Below the pieces are notes generated by a model. That model saw only the letters and a list, made by a program, of their open reading frames with translations, ran no database searches and was not told where the DNA came from. From the IMG/VR virus record IMGVR_UViG_3300037067_004615: a stretch of 64,000 bases of DNA, one strand, 5' to 3'. Source of the stretch: an uncultured virus (IMG/VR IMGVR_UViG_3300037067_004615). Taxonomy: Duplodnaviria; Heunggongvirae; Uroviricota; Caudoviricetes. Shown one piece after another: positions 30,936 to 43,032 of this stretch. Each line of letters begins with the position of its first letter. Position 1 is the first letter of the stretch. The position numbers and the translations under genes are program-made.

Positions 30936-31766
30936 TTTAAACCTCACTTAGATGATTTACTAAACCGTTCTATAAATTCTGATACTCCAACCATTTTACC
31001 GGCGTTAAAAGATACTTCTGCTTGTTTATCTAATAATTCAAGTACAGTATCTTCTATAAAACCACCGCCTTCATCCCAAATTAAATCCACACCCGTTTTA
31101 TTATGTTCCGAGTTCAAAGTTTGCATTGTTGCGATTATTGTATCTTTATAGTTCATTTTCAACCCCAATGTTAATTATTTTAAAATCCATTTTACGACCG
31201 ATAGAAAAGTTAAATCGTGCTTCATTAAGTATCGATTGAAGTGCGTCTTTTTGTAGTTGAGTAGTTACTAAATCAATACGCTTTTGCCAATCCTTTTCCC
31301 ATTGTTTAAACTCATCATTTGTTATCGACATAGGTCACTCCACTACTTCAACTGTTACTTTTACTTTAATCTTTTTATATTCACCACTTAAACAAGACTC
31401 AACATTATGTGCGGAAACTATATCACCTATTAAATCAGGTATCACGTCGTAATTCTTTTTGAATAGTTCGCCAAATTTATTCCTTAAAATCCATGCATCA
31501 AACACGTACTCCATTCTTGTCTCCTTGACTTTCGATGGTAACTTTAACTGGTACTACTCTGAAGTGTCGGTTCGCTAATTGCGTTTTTATATCCCTTGCA
31601 TACTGGCGAGTTTTAAAGAGTGCAGTATCGTTTCCACTTACAAAATGTGGTAGCAAAATTCCGACCGATGAGTAACTTAAAAATCCTGTCATGCAACCAT
31701 CGTCTTTACTCTCATACTTGTATTCTATAGCCCACGTTTCAATAACTTTTCTCACTTACTGTATCC

Positions 31767-32108
31767 TCACTTTTCAAATATTCCATGCTTGGCATTGTGG
31801 CACTTCCCACATAACATTAAACAATTTTCCTTATCCAAAGGGTCGCCACCATGTGATCTGAAAATTTTTTCATGTTTACTTAATCCCCGCCAGTCCGGTA
31901 ATTTCCCACAGATTTCGCAGAGCCCTTTACATCGAATAAGAAGTTCCTGCTTCAATTTTTGTTCGGCCTTTGTTTCTTTGTATTTTCCGTTAGTCATTTG
32001 ATTGATAGGTTTCGTTGCTTTTAACTTAGTCTTTCCAGTCAACCGTTTGTAAATTTTGATTCCGTTCCTTGTACCAATCGCAATACGCTTCGGTTTATTC
32101 TGTATCAT
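31767..32108 (-). CDS. HNH endonuclease
   Basis: CEICG...HEKIFRSHGG....NCLMLCGKCHNAKH. Confidence 0.85.
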   Translation of the reverse strand: MIQNKPKRIAIGTRNGIKIYKRLTGKTKLKATKPINQMTNGKYKETKAEQKLKQELLIRCKGLCEICGKLPDWRGLSKHEKIFRSHGGDPLDKENCLMLCGKCHNAKHGIFEK

Positions 32109-32114
32109 CTTGCC

Positions 32115-32537
32115 TCACTGTTTTGTATTTTGAGTCTGAGTAGCATTATAAAATTCGTCCGACTTTGACTGGATAAACTCATAAATCCGTAGTGAAACTT
32201 TTTCTAAATCTTCTAATGTAGCCATACCGTTAGCTATTAAAGTTACTGCATAAGATGTTGCTACCGCTAAGTTCTTTGTGATGTCGTTTTTATTGGCAAC
32301 TTCTCGTAGTGCTTTTTCTTGGAACAGGTTTTTAAGTGGCGTTATTTTAGTTATAAGTGGAAAGTCTTTTTCGTTTAATTCATACGATAGGTCGTAGCAT
32401 TTATTTACTTCAAATGTGAAGTCAGACCGGAATAAAAACCACTGCTTATTGAGGTGGTCAATAATTTTCGTATACTCTTTCCCATTTTTGTCTTTTGGTT
32501 TTTCAATTGTTTTTACAAAGATATATTCGTTGGGCAT
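32115..32537 (-). CDS. Hypothetical protein, possibly OB-fold ssDNA-binding
   Basis: Beta-rich N-terminal half and helical C-terminus; weak resemblance only. Confidence 0.35.
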   Translation of the reverse strand: MPNEYIFVKTIEKPKDKNGKEYTKIIDHLNKQWFLFRSDFTFEVNKCYDLSYELNEKDFPLITKITPLKNLFQEKALREVANKNDITKNLAVATSYAVTLIANGMATLEDLEKVSLRIYEFIQSKSDEFYNATQTQNTKQ

Positions 32538-33273
32538 TTTACTTCAATCCTTTTTTGCGACAATCTTTACAGAGGTCGTGCAAGATATTAATTGACGTTT
32601 TTATTTCTCGGTTACAGATTTTACAGTATACCGTCGTTACTTTCATTGTGGCTTACCATCCTCAAAAAATAGTCACATTTATCAAAAGTGTTGGCACAAA
32701 TTATTATCGCTCTATCGCCATCGGGAATACCTTGAAGTTTTTCTACATTAGTTAGTTGATGAACTCCACAAACAAATCTACCATATGTTTTATAATGTGT
32801 AATTCTTAGATAAGGGCAACAATGATTACGATAAACCATCTTTATTTACCATCCTTGAAATTCTGGAAGTTTATCAATTTCTTCTTGTGTCATTTCGACT
32901 ATAGTGATGACCCATTGATCTCCAACAAAAGATTCCTTGATGTCTTCGATGCAATCGTTTAAGTTATCCATTGTGAAGTAACAAGTCTGTGAACCATTAG
33001 TGACTTCTGCTACTTTGATTTTAGTGTTCATTTTCCCTATCCTATTCTCCTATACAATCATTTTGCAATGTTATACTTTGCCATCTTGAACCGGCCCCAC
33101 CACACATATAGTCTTTACCACCACATTTTTTACAATAGCGTGATTGACCGAAACGATCATTATTGGAAAGGCAACAGACATCCTGTTTCCACTGGGTCAT
33201 GACGTGGCTTTGATCTGGTTCTTCATTCATAGGCACATTGTTTAGTTCCAGGTTATGAATTTTGCTGAAAGTG

Positions 33274-34566
33274 TTAAATAGTATTAATATTTTTAATAAA
33301 ATCCTTAGTAAGGCTTCTCAGTCTTACAGGGTGTAACCCTACACCCACTACCCCATCCGATTTAAAATCTTCTGGGAATACTTTCCGACCTATATTGTAC
33401 GACCCGTTTACATCTGAATTTATCAAAATTCCATCTTTGCTTTTGTACAGTCCACGCTTAATTCGTCTACCACTGAAGTTGGTTTCCAACCCTTCGACGT
33501 GTTCTTTCGGTAGTTCGTCATTGTCAATAAAACTCGCTTTACTCGTGTAACTTTCTTCAGTTTGTAAGAAATCTATACCTACATCTTCACATTTGTAGGT
33601 CAGTTTTTGAATAAAACTTTCATACGGTATTCCTACAAACTTTTGATTATTAACGTGTCCGATGTTGATCTCACGTTTCCAGTCTTTGTTCTTTCCAATT
33701 ACCAGCGTGTTGAATTCATTTTCGAGACAGTATTCAACTACTTTTTTACTGTAAACGTGCATCCAATATCCTATTTTATTGTTACGCTTGCGAGTAAATC
33801 TTTCGAGTTCGTTTGACCAATCTTTGTCATTTTCTTTCTTTAACGTAGACTTTTTCTCGGATAAAACTTTATTGTAATATTGATTTATAGACTTTAAAGT
33901 TCCGCCCTTAATAACTGCCGGTTTTAGTCCGACGTTATTTGTTAAAGTTGCAAAATTTTCAAGCCCTAAATCAATGGCACAGATTCGATAGTTAAACGGC
34001 TTTTTGTCTACTTTCACGACATTGTAAACCACCTCCAATTTATAAAAACTTCCACACGGCACGATACTAATTTGTTGAATGTTTGGTACTTTAGTTTTTA
34101 ATTTATAACTATCGAATATCTTTGGAAATGTTATAAAACCATCTTTTAAATGGCATTGTTGATTTGTGAAAACCACAACCGACCGTCCAGTTTTCTTCGC
34201 TTTGTAATCAGGTAATTTAGGTCTGCCATTATACTTTTCAGGGTGTTTTGACCAATCTTTGATCGACTTAAAGAATGACCCCCAATTTTTATCAAGTAGT
34301 TTCAAAGTTTGTTGAGAAGTTTGAGCGGGTAACGCTTTATAATCAGGTTGATCTTTGTATAATGTTTTATTCAAACTATTGTATCGAATCCAGTTTCCAT
34401 TGTTAATAAATTCTTGTCGGATTAAATAGTTAGCGTAGTTGTAGAGATTTTTACATTTAAACGACAAATCATCCAGAATCGGATAAAGTTCATGGCCTTT
34501 ACCAATTTGATGACTCTCAATTCGTTTGTTAAAATTAAGATTCTGTTTCATCTTCGTTCTGTTCAA
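33274..34566 (-). CDS. tnpB: IS607 TnpB RNA-guided nuclease
   Basis: KNLYNYANY, AIDLG, EESYTSKAS, INSDVNGSYNI. Confidence 0.9.
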   Translation of the reverse strand: MNRTKMKQNLNFNKRIESHQIGKGHELYPILDDLSFKCKNLYNYANYLIRQEFINNGNWIRYNSLNKTLYKDQPDYKALPAQTSQQTLKLLDKNWGSFFKSIKDWSKHPEKYNGRPKLPDYKAKKTGRSVVVFTNQQCHLKDGFITFPKIFDSYKLKTKVPNIQQISIVPCGSFYKLEVVYNVVKVDKKPFNYRICAIDLGLENFATLTNNVGLKPAVIKGGTLKSINQYYNKVLSEKKSTLKKENDKDWSNELERFTRKRNNKIGYWMHVYSKKVVEYCLENEFNTLVIGKNKDWKREINIGHVNNQKFVGIPYESFIQKLTYKCEDVGIDFLQTEESYTSKASFIDNDELPKEHVEGLETNFSGRRIKRGLYKSKDGILINSDVNGSYNIGRKVFPEDFKSDGVVGVGLHPVRLRSLTKDFIKNINTI

Positions 34567-35143
34567 GTAGTTCTTTTAATTTAGATCGTTTTCTACTACT
34601 GTACAATTTCATCGAATAACAATGTAATAAACTAATAATTTCCTCAAATATTTCTTGACTATCTAATTTAACGCTTCCAACTTCAGACATTACTACGATA
34701 TCTGTATTATATTTATCAAATAAGTGTTTAAATAAATCAAACCCTACACGGCTCATTCGATCTTTATAAGTGATTATTACTCGCTGTACATCACCTTTAA
34801 GTACTTCATCTAATAATTTAAAGAAGTCTTCACGTTTATCAAAACTAATTCCACTTGCTATATCGGAATAAATCCCGTTTATTATGTATCCATTACTAAA
34901 ACAAAATTGCTTTAATAATTCGATTTGGTTTTCCAAGTCAGGTTTTTGTTTGGGTGTAGATACTCTGGCGTAAATATAAGTTTTACGTTCCACTCCGTCC
35001 ATGAAATATTTATAGACGCTTTCTTTATCGTAATTATACAAACCACTATTTAATTTAGTTGCTTTGATCGTCCCATTTTTAATATACTTACACAGAGTAG
35101 GTCTAGATATCCGCAGTAATTTTAAAACATCTTTCGCTTTCAT
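34535..35143 (-). CDS. tnpA: IS607 TnpA serine transposase
   Basis: N-terminal HTH, YARVST..QK.DL..Q, DIASG, YKDRMSR. Confidence 0.92.
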   Translation of the reverse strand: MKAKDVLKLLRISRPTLCKYIKNGTIKATKLNSGLYNYDKESVYKYFMDGVERKTYIYARVSTPKQKPDLENQIELLKQFCFSNGYIINGIYSDIASGISFDKREDFFKLLDEVLKGDVQRVIITYKDRMSRVGFDLFKHLFDKYNTDIVVMSEVGSVKLDSQEIFEEIISLLHCYSMKLYSSRKRSKLKELLEQNEDETES

Positions 35144-35281
35144 ATACCTATACTACCACATATTCGCACCTTTGTCAATACCTTTTGTTAAAATCTTTAA
35201 CACTATTTAATATACTTATCAAAATACATCACCATATCACCTTACCTTGTAGGACTGCTACTACTGTTGTTCGCTACGCTC

Positions 35282-38200
35282 TCAATTCAAAATAAAAAAG
35301 AATATAACCGATATCATGGGTATGCCAAATAATATGATAGATATTAACCCGTATATATCATCACTGTTGATAAAATTATCGATACAAATCTTGTATTTTT
35401 TAATTTGCAAGTCATTCTTTTTGTTAATGAAACCAGACGGAATTTCAAAAAGGACAGCCCATAGTAAAGTAGGAATAGAACATATAGGAAGGATAACAAT
35501 AAAAGGTACTACCACGACAGTATAGACTGATAACGTAATTGTCGCTAAAATCCATGACACTAAAACTAACGGGCTTAAAAAGACAAGCCAATAACCGTCC
35601 GTAATTCTAGATTTTAAAATGCCGTACAAGTTTCGGGCAAGTGTTGTAATAAATTGACCAAACATATTAGTTGCAAGTAATTCTGTTAAGTGCCATACTC
35701 TATTAAATAAAAAGAAGTTATAGTTGTTGGTATAGGTAAAATTATGGTCTGTTTCTCCAATCGTAACGACTGGATTATTAATGTTTGAAGTTGATTCAAT
35801 TTTCATTTTAATTGATCTCCATTATTCTTTAAGATTTTTAGCTGGAATTTTAAAAGTAGGTGGGTTAGTGTCTGGTAGATCGTGACTAAATCCACAAGCA
35901 CAATATTCCCTTAAACCATAGACATCCGCTTCAATAAATAAACGGTTTTTGCACTTCGGGCATACTTTATGTATCGGTTTAATCGACTTTAAATCCATCA
36001 TTACTTACTTCTCCTACTTCCTTAAATATTTACTTACACGAATCAATCCAAAAATAATCAACAAAACAGACATAATGATTTCTTCCCATAATATAAATAA
36101 GTTAGGTTCGTATGCTCTGTATCCCCCTGTCACTAATATTGATATGAAAATGTAACCGAAAGCACAACCAACCCCAATTAGTAGTGCGTGTTCAAAAATG
36201 TCCCACGATAAACATTTAAAAATTCTTTTCATCAGTCACCACCATCTGTAGATATCATGCTTTTTGCAAACTCTAACAGTCCGTATAGTTGTAGGTTATC
36301 TAAGTTACTGGATTGGTAGTTAATAAAACCATCCTTTGTCTGGTAGATTATTACGACGTGATCGATGTTTGATTTTAAATTGTTGACTTCCATTAAGGTT
36401 CCCGATACGTCATCATTTGCAAGCAGGTCATTAACCGTTTCAATTTTAGGTTCTTGTTTTTGTGCAATTTTTTGTTTTCTGTTAAATAGTTTAAACATTT
36501 TCCCACCTTGCTTTTTCAATACTTTCAATTGCTTCGGTTGTTTCTTTTGCGACCAGTTCTGGATATTGTTGAGCTAATTTATGATTAAGTTTTGCCTTAC
36601 CTTCTTCGATAGTTTGCCCCAATTGTTCGTGTAATTTAATAGCAGTATCTAATGGCATAGATAACCACGTATCCCCTGTTTCCTTACCGTTTAAATTTCC
36701 ACGAGTTATCCTTGTAAAAATTTCGTCGTTGTGATCGATTGTAATATCTATTGTCTCGTTAAATGTTACTTGCATTTTTAGTACCTTCTCTTTTATCTTC
36801 GATTTCATCTACATACAAAAATACCCCAACTGTTGCGTCATCTGAAATGGTTTCAATACGAAATTGTCCCGCTGTTTTCTTAGGGTCGATGTAAAATTTA
36901 TCTGTGCTGATAATAGCATATTGACTGGATTCGCCTATCGTTAATGTGCAAGTTTCTATCCGTACACGAAGAATAGTAGAAGATGTTAAGGTCGCTTTCA
37001 TTTATTCCCCCTTTAAAATTTAGTTCCTTATCTACCATTGTATCACTGTTTGAGACTAATGTACCTAGTCTTTAGTATAGGTTTTAGTTAATTCTATTGC
37101 CTCAATTAGTTCTGAAAGTCCAGGGTTATCTTTAACATCTGACTTTGTTTCAACTACATCACAGTTTGCTACGCCCAGACATTTTGAGTGGCAAGGTATC
37201 GGTGCTAGACTGTTACAGCATAGTCCTTTTAAGTTATAAATGCATTCAATGTTGTTCATTTTATTTTCAATACTCGCTTTGATTGTATCCTTCTACCGAA
37301 GATTCATCAGCCCATATATCAATTGACGGAAGTCCGTGGTTTAATTCATTATTGACATACATATCAGGTCGTTCGCCAGATTCGTAATCACGTAATGTCG
37401 ATATTTTTAAGTAGTGGCGTGGATGGAATATACCATCATATAAGTGGTTGCCATCAAGCTCCGTAAGTTTAAACGCTTTACCATCTGAAAGTTCTACAAT
37501 AAATTCGCCTAATTTACTTATTGCTATTTTCATTATTTACCCCTGAACTATCAATATATTTCTCACAAGCGAGTGCGAATGCAATAGATTGTTCTTTATC
37601 GGTTGCATCAAATGTTTCGATTAAGTTTATTTGGCAATACCATTCTTTATATTCAGAGTTCCATTCTAAGAGAATATTATTGTCACCATAGACTGATTTA
37701 AGTAAGTTGTAAATTTTAGGGTAAAGATATTTGATTTGTGTATTTGCATCTTTGGTTATATTAGGTGTGACACATTCTATCATGGTCGGATTGTCTGGAT
37801 AATCTGCTAATATTCCGTAAAGAGTTCGTTCGTCTTTTATATTCTTAAACCCTGCAAATTTAAGTAGTTTTTCGTTTAGTGCTTTTAAATCCTTATCGTC
37901 CATTATTTTGCCCTCTTTATATTTTCTGCAACAATACGTTCTGCGCCTCTTAAAACACATTCAGCTATGTAATCACAGTATGGATACTTCTCGCATTGGT
38001 AGTCAACAATATGAACGTGTTTTGCATCGGTTAATCCACAAGATATGCAAGTAATTGGTACGGCACATCTGCTACATAAATCCTCTACGCATATGATATT
38101 TTTATAGAGACATCTTTGACCTTTATGATGTTGTTATTCAATAAATACTTCACTCATTTTGCCACTTCCTTTTTAAAATCCTGAGTAGGATTGTCCGTTC

Positions 38201-41200
38201 CTTACTCGCTCGACCGTCCTGTTTCGCACATGAAGTCCTTCATAATTTGACAGACTATCTTTCGGCGGTCTGGATTGCACGTGTAATTGAATCTTGTGTT
38301 CGTTACAGAAGTCCATGATTGCCCAGTAGGTCGCCGGAATTTCACGCTTTGCCCCACATACTTTACAGACTTCGACTGCATATCCTTCATGGTTAGGTTT
38401 ACTGACCAGTGTTACTTTCGGTTTGCAATTACACATTCTTATTCGCCTCAACTACTCTATGTGCTTCTTCATAAATTTTTAAAAGTTTTATTTGAATATC
38501 TTCTTGGTATGAGTCCCAATATTCGCACTTTCCTTTATCAATTGAAAGCATTGTATCAATTTCACATCGTCTGATATTCCGATAAAATAATTGGTCGATT
38601 AAACCGACTAATCCTTTACGGTGTGGTTTATTATGTTGACATTCTATGACATTACAATTTATTTGTGGCATTCTATTTACCGTCCTCAAGTTTAATTATA
38701 AACCATCCGACGCTACCCGTATTATTTAAAGATGGTTTATCGCCCATGTAAATTAGTCCGTATTTTTCTAAGTCATTATAATATTCGTCAGATAAATTAA
38801 ACATAGAATGTTCAGAGATATTCCGGTCACTTTTTAATCGTGCTTCAAATTTGAACATATTATCTGGCGTAAATTCGTCACGTTTTTCAACTAGTTCAAC
38901 CATAGATGAACGCATAATTCTTAGGAATAGATCGAATTGTTTTTGAGCTTCTTGCCTTGTCATTTTATTTACCGTCCTCAACCTTTTCTACTAACCATTC
39001 TGGAACATCGTCAATACTAATATCACCATCTACTAGTCTAATATTTAGTAATGGTACTTGGTTTAATACGTTAGAATCGATTGATTTTTTATAAGATAAA
39101 ACGTGAGCAACAGTTCCTTTTGGAATTAATTTATAGACCCTATTTACCTTTCTAAGTGCAAAATTTTCTACCTTAATATTTTGTAAAAGACGTACCTTAT
39201 CGTTAAATTTAATATCTAAACTAGTATACATAAACCTGTTTTCGCCCATTTTATTTACCGTCCTTAATTAGTTTTAAAATAACCTCTAAGTGAATAAGTG
39301 TTCGGCATATATCATTGTCTCCATCAACTGATAACTGGCAAGCGTTGCAATTACAATTGATAAAATTGTTGCTACATTCTTTGTATATTTTAAGAGCTTC
39401 TTCTATAGTCATTCCTTTACCTCTTTAACCCAACCATCATTCATAATTTCCTTTGCCTGTTCAACCATAATATCGTATTTTGCAAAGTCTATAAGTACGT
39501 TACGATTTACGATTGCCAGTTCAGGGAGTAGTTCTAAAAGTTTTTCAACCTTTAATTTCCACTCAAGTCTTAGTCTAGGGAAATCTCGCCAGTTACAATC
39601 GGGTACTGTACCACGTTCAACTTTTTCAAAATTAAAGTATAAAGTTTGTGCAATTTTCTCAATGGTTTGTTCTCTTAATACTACCATTTTATTTTACCTC
39701 ACTACCCTTTAATGCTTCTTCAAACCATGCGGTTATTAAAAGTTCAATGTCTCTTTTAAGTTCGCTTATATTATTGCCGTAGATATTTTTGTCAATTCTA
39801 GGTAATAATATTGAAGCTCGCCATACATAGTCTCTTGTTAAATTATGTGACACAAGACCGACTTTAATGTTATTCAAATATAAATTTTCACCAGATTCGT
39901 ATTGTCCCGTCTGTTGTTTCCACTGAAAATTAAGTTTCATTATTATGCCTCCCTCCACAAAGTGTAATTGCGTGTCTTATTTTACCGTTATCCCATCGAT
40001 AGTTACCATTAAGTCGGGCTGTGATTGTTAAATATTTACCACATATGTAACAAGGTTGCGGATTTTTCATGTATTCTTCCCACCATTGAGGTTGAGTGTT
40101 TGTAATACGTTTTATAATGTTACGCTTTGTCATTTTTATCCTCAACTTTTGCAAGTGCATTTATAAGATATCCATTACATATTGAGCAGTAATGTCCTTT
40201 CGTTCCTTCTTGATGGTTTTTATAAAGTTTGATCGCTTGAATAAGCATATCTCTTTGTGCTACTACCTCGTGATAAATTTTTAGTTGTTCATTTTCAATT
40301 CGTCTTATGCTATCCAGTTGCCTGATTAATTCTTCGGTCGGATTGTTCATAGTTCATCTCCGTAATTTTCGGTAATATCCTTACACAATGCGATTAATTT
40401 GTCACGGTAGTTTTTCTCACTGATACTCAGATCATCGTCGCCAAAATATTCTTCGCAATCGCATAAATCTTTATAAGTATTTTCAAACCTACAATAGCCC
40501 ATGTTACTCATTTACTTTACCTCACTCTTAGGTGGAATCCCATAGAATTTACGAGTATCGATAGTACATTTGCAAGAATAACTCTCTTTGAAATAATTTC
40601 CACATCCCATACAAAGTTTCCAACCTTGTTTAGTTAACTCATTTATCTGACTAATAAGTTCTTTATCCATTGTCTTTTACCTCACTGATTTTAGTTAAGA
40701 GTTTCTCAATCCGGTTAGCCGCTTCTGTATAAAGTTTCCAGTCCATTGATTCCATAAAGCCAGTCCGATAAGGTGAGATTTGTTTTAAGGCTTCGACCAT
40801 CTCACCAATATTCTGTGCTACTACTAATGGGTTATCTTTATTGACTGACTGACATTGTTGGAGTGCGACATATTTAACTCTGTCTAGTGTATGTTCATTA
40901 ACACATTTTAAATAGATGGCATCTTGTTTAACTTTAATATATTCAGGGTCATGGACTTTACAATACCGCTTACCATTTCGTTGAACCGTTGCTGGTTTTG
41001 TGCAAGAATGGAAGTGGAATGACCACCTATCATTTGCAATTCTTTTAACGCATTGATGTTTAGTTTCGTTTCCCATTACTTACCATCCTCATTTGTATCA
41101 AATAAACTACCATCTAGTAGTTTAGTCATACCCTTAATGTATTCTTTACTGTCAGCTTTATCGTTGCTCATCCATCCGAATAGTTCAAATGTTAAATATC

Positions 41201-41849
41201 CGTATTGAGATGGGTTGAGCGTCTTTAATTTCTGTTCGATCTTTAAAAGTTCAGGGCTATCTTTCATTTTCCTTCTCCTTTCCTTTTAGTGTAGCACTAC
41301 TACTTACCAACTAGAATGATAGTAAAATTCTCCGTCATCATCATTTAATACTTCGGTAAGTCCATCGATTGTTCGTTTAATATCATTGTAATAATATTGG
41401 TCATAATCAGTTCCACCGAAAAAGAATCCGTCAGTCGTTGGTAATAATTCCTGTGCTTCAGTCGGGTCTTCGATTGATTCACCATCTTCTAATATAGGCG
41501 TTTCGCCGTGTTCGGTTACTCTATAACCATTAACTATCTTAGATTTTACAAGAGTGGAATTAGCGATTACCTTTTTACAAATGTTAAGTAATTCTTCAAG
41601 TTTTTCACGACTGACATAGTAATCACCGCAATCGTCGTTACCATCTTGAACATTATCCACGAACCATTTATGAATAGCGTTTGCTTTACGCCAGTACATC
41701 GCATCCGTTTCAATATAAGTGATTTTATCGGTCGGGATGCTAGTAGGTTTACCACCTTTAAGAATAGTGATTATGTGTTTATCTTCCGGTTTCATAAAAT
41801 CGTAATTCTTCACATAATACTTTTTAGTTAAATACATATCCAATCCCAT
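35282..41849 (-). other. Array of about 25 small, tightly packed hypothetical genes
   Basis: Contiguous leftward ORFs with RBSs and overlapping stop/start codons; includes 41304-41849 (MGLDMYL...YWRKANAIHKWF phage-type protein). Confidence 0.7.
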
Positions 41850-41921
41850 TTTAATATTCTCCTTTTCTTTTTATCTTAACACTGATACCTACTAATAGTA
41901 ACTGGTCATTAGACTAGGTTT

Positions 41922-42407
41922 TTAATTTAATATCTCGCCAGTTTGTTCATCGATTGCCTTGATACCATTGTTTGAGTTTGCCTTAATGAGTAAGGCTTTA
42001 TTCCGGTTGACTCGCCTTAATGCCATAATATCTTTTTGCTGTTCGCTATATTCCTTGACTGCTTTATCCCCGATGGTTTTATTTGATTGTGCTAACCTTA
42101 TGTCTTGTAATATTTTATCCATATTGACAGAGTATTCGTTTGCTAAGTTCTGTTCGGGATTGCCCTTGATGTAACTTATATAACCTTTTCGAGTTAATGA
42201 CTTTACACACTTTTCGACTGTTTGTAAATGGCTTGTGTGTAAGTATTGGCCCAATGTTTTGATCGATACGTAGCAACTCTTATTTTTGCCTTGCAATCGT
42301 ATTAAGTTGAATAGAAGACAATCCTCATGAGTGCTTTCAGTAATTCTGTATAGCTCATTGGGTAATTGAGTATAATCACTATCAAGTTTTGGTATAATCG
42401 AATACAA
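41922..42407 (-). CDS. Helix-turn-helix protein (initiator-like HTH)
   Basis: YTQLPN...CYVSIKTLG...TVEKCVKSL..KGYI...NEY. Confidence 0.6.
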   Translation of the reverse strand: MYSIIPKLDSDYTQLPNELYRITESTHEDCLLFNLIRLQGKNKSCYVSIKTLGQYLHTSHLQTVEKCVKSLTRKGYISYIKGNPEQNLANEYSVNMDKILQDIRLAQSNKTIGDKAVKEYSEQQKDIMALRRVNRNKALLIKANSNNGIKAIDEQTGEILN

Positions 42408-42453
42408 TGAATAATGCTACCTTACCCATTGCTATTCCGCCAATAGGTGCTAA

Positions 42454-42606
42454 TTAGTCAATAGGTTTTATCGTATCTTTGTGGCAGTTATTACAGTGGT
42501 AACGCTGGCGGTATTCAGAGATTGTAATAACTTCCCCCGCCTTTTTATAAAGCGGTTGTTTACCGGACTTCACTAAATTTTCAGAGTTACATTTAGGACA
42601 CTTCAT
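42454..42606 (-). CDS. InsA-like zinc-ribbon protein (50 aa)
   Basis: MKCPKCNSENLVKSGK...QRYHCNNC, read by hand. Confidence 0.6.
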   Translation of the reverse strand: MKCPKCNSENLVKSGKQPLYKKAGEVITISEYRQRYHCNNCHKDTIKPID

Positions 42607-43032
42607 TTCCGCACCCTCTTATGTATATTTTATATCAACTTATGATGGTTGTCAATAGGCATTGCTAATAAGTCAATAGCACCTATATTCTATTCAGTCA
42701 AAGCAATAAGGTATTTAGATGTCGTGAAAGGTCGTGATAAGGGAAAGGGACATCATGTTAGCACTGTCCCTTTTAAGAAAATCCCTTTGCTTAGTTTGCA
42801 ATTTTGAGGTATAAGGTCGCAAAATTACAAAAATGCTAACAAAATAAAATAACTTTTTATTGGGGTATCATAACTTGTTGCCATTGAAATTCAAAGTCTT
42901 CATCATCCTCTGCGTAGTGTTCTTCGAGCATATCAACCATTAATTTCTGTAGGGTATCTAAGTCCATAGAGTTGACTTGTGATATTGCTAATGTATTCCG
43001 ATTGGTTTGATTATTTTCCATTTAAAATTCTC

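Larger units (their letters stand above)
33266..35222 (-). mobile_element. IS607-family insertion sequence (ends approximate)
   Basis: Serine-recombinase tnpA overlapping tnpB; own TTGACA promoter near 35178; appears to interrupt a small gene. Confidence 0.8.
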
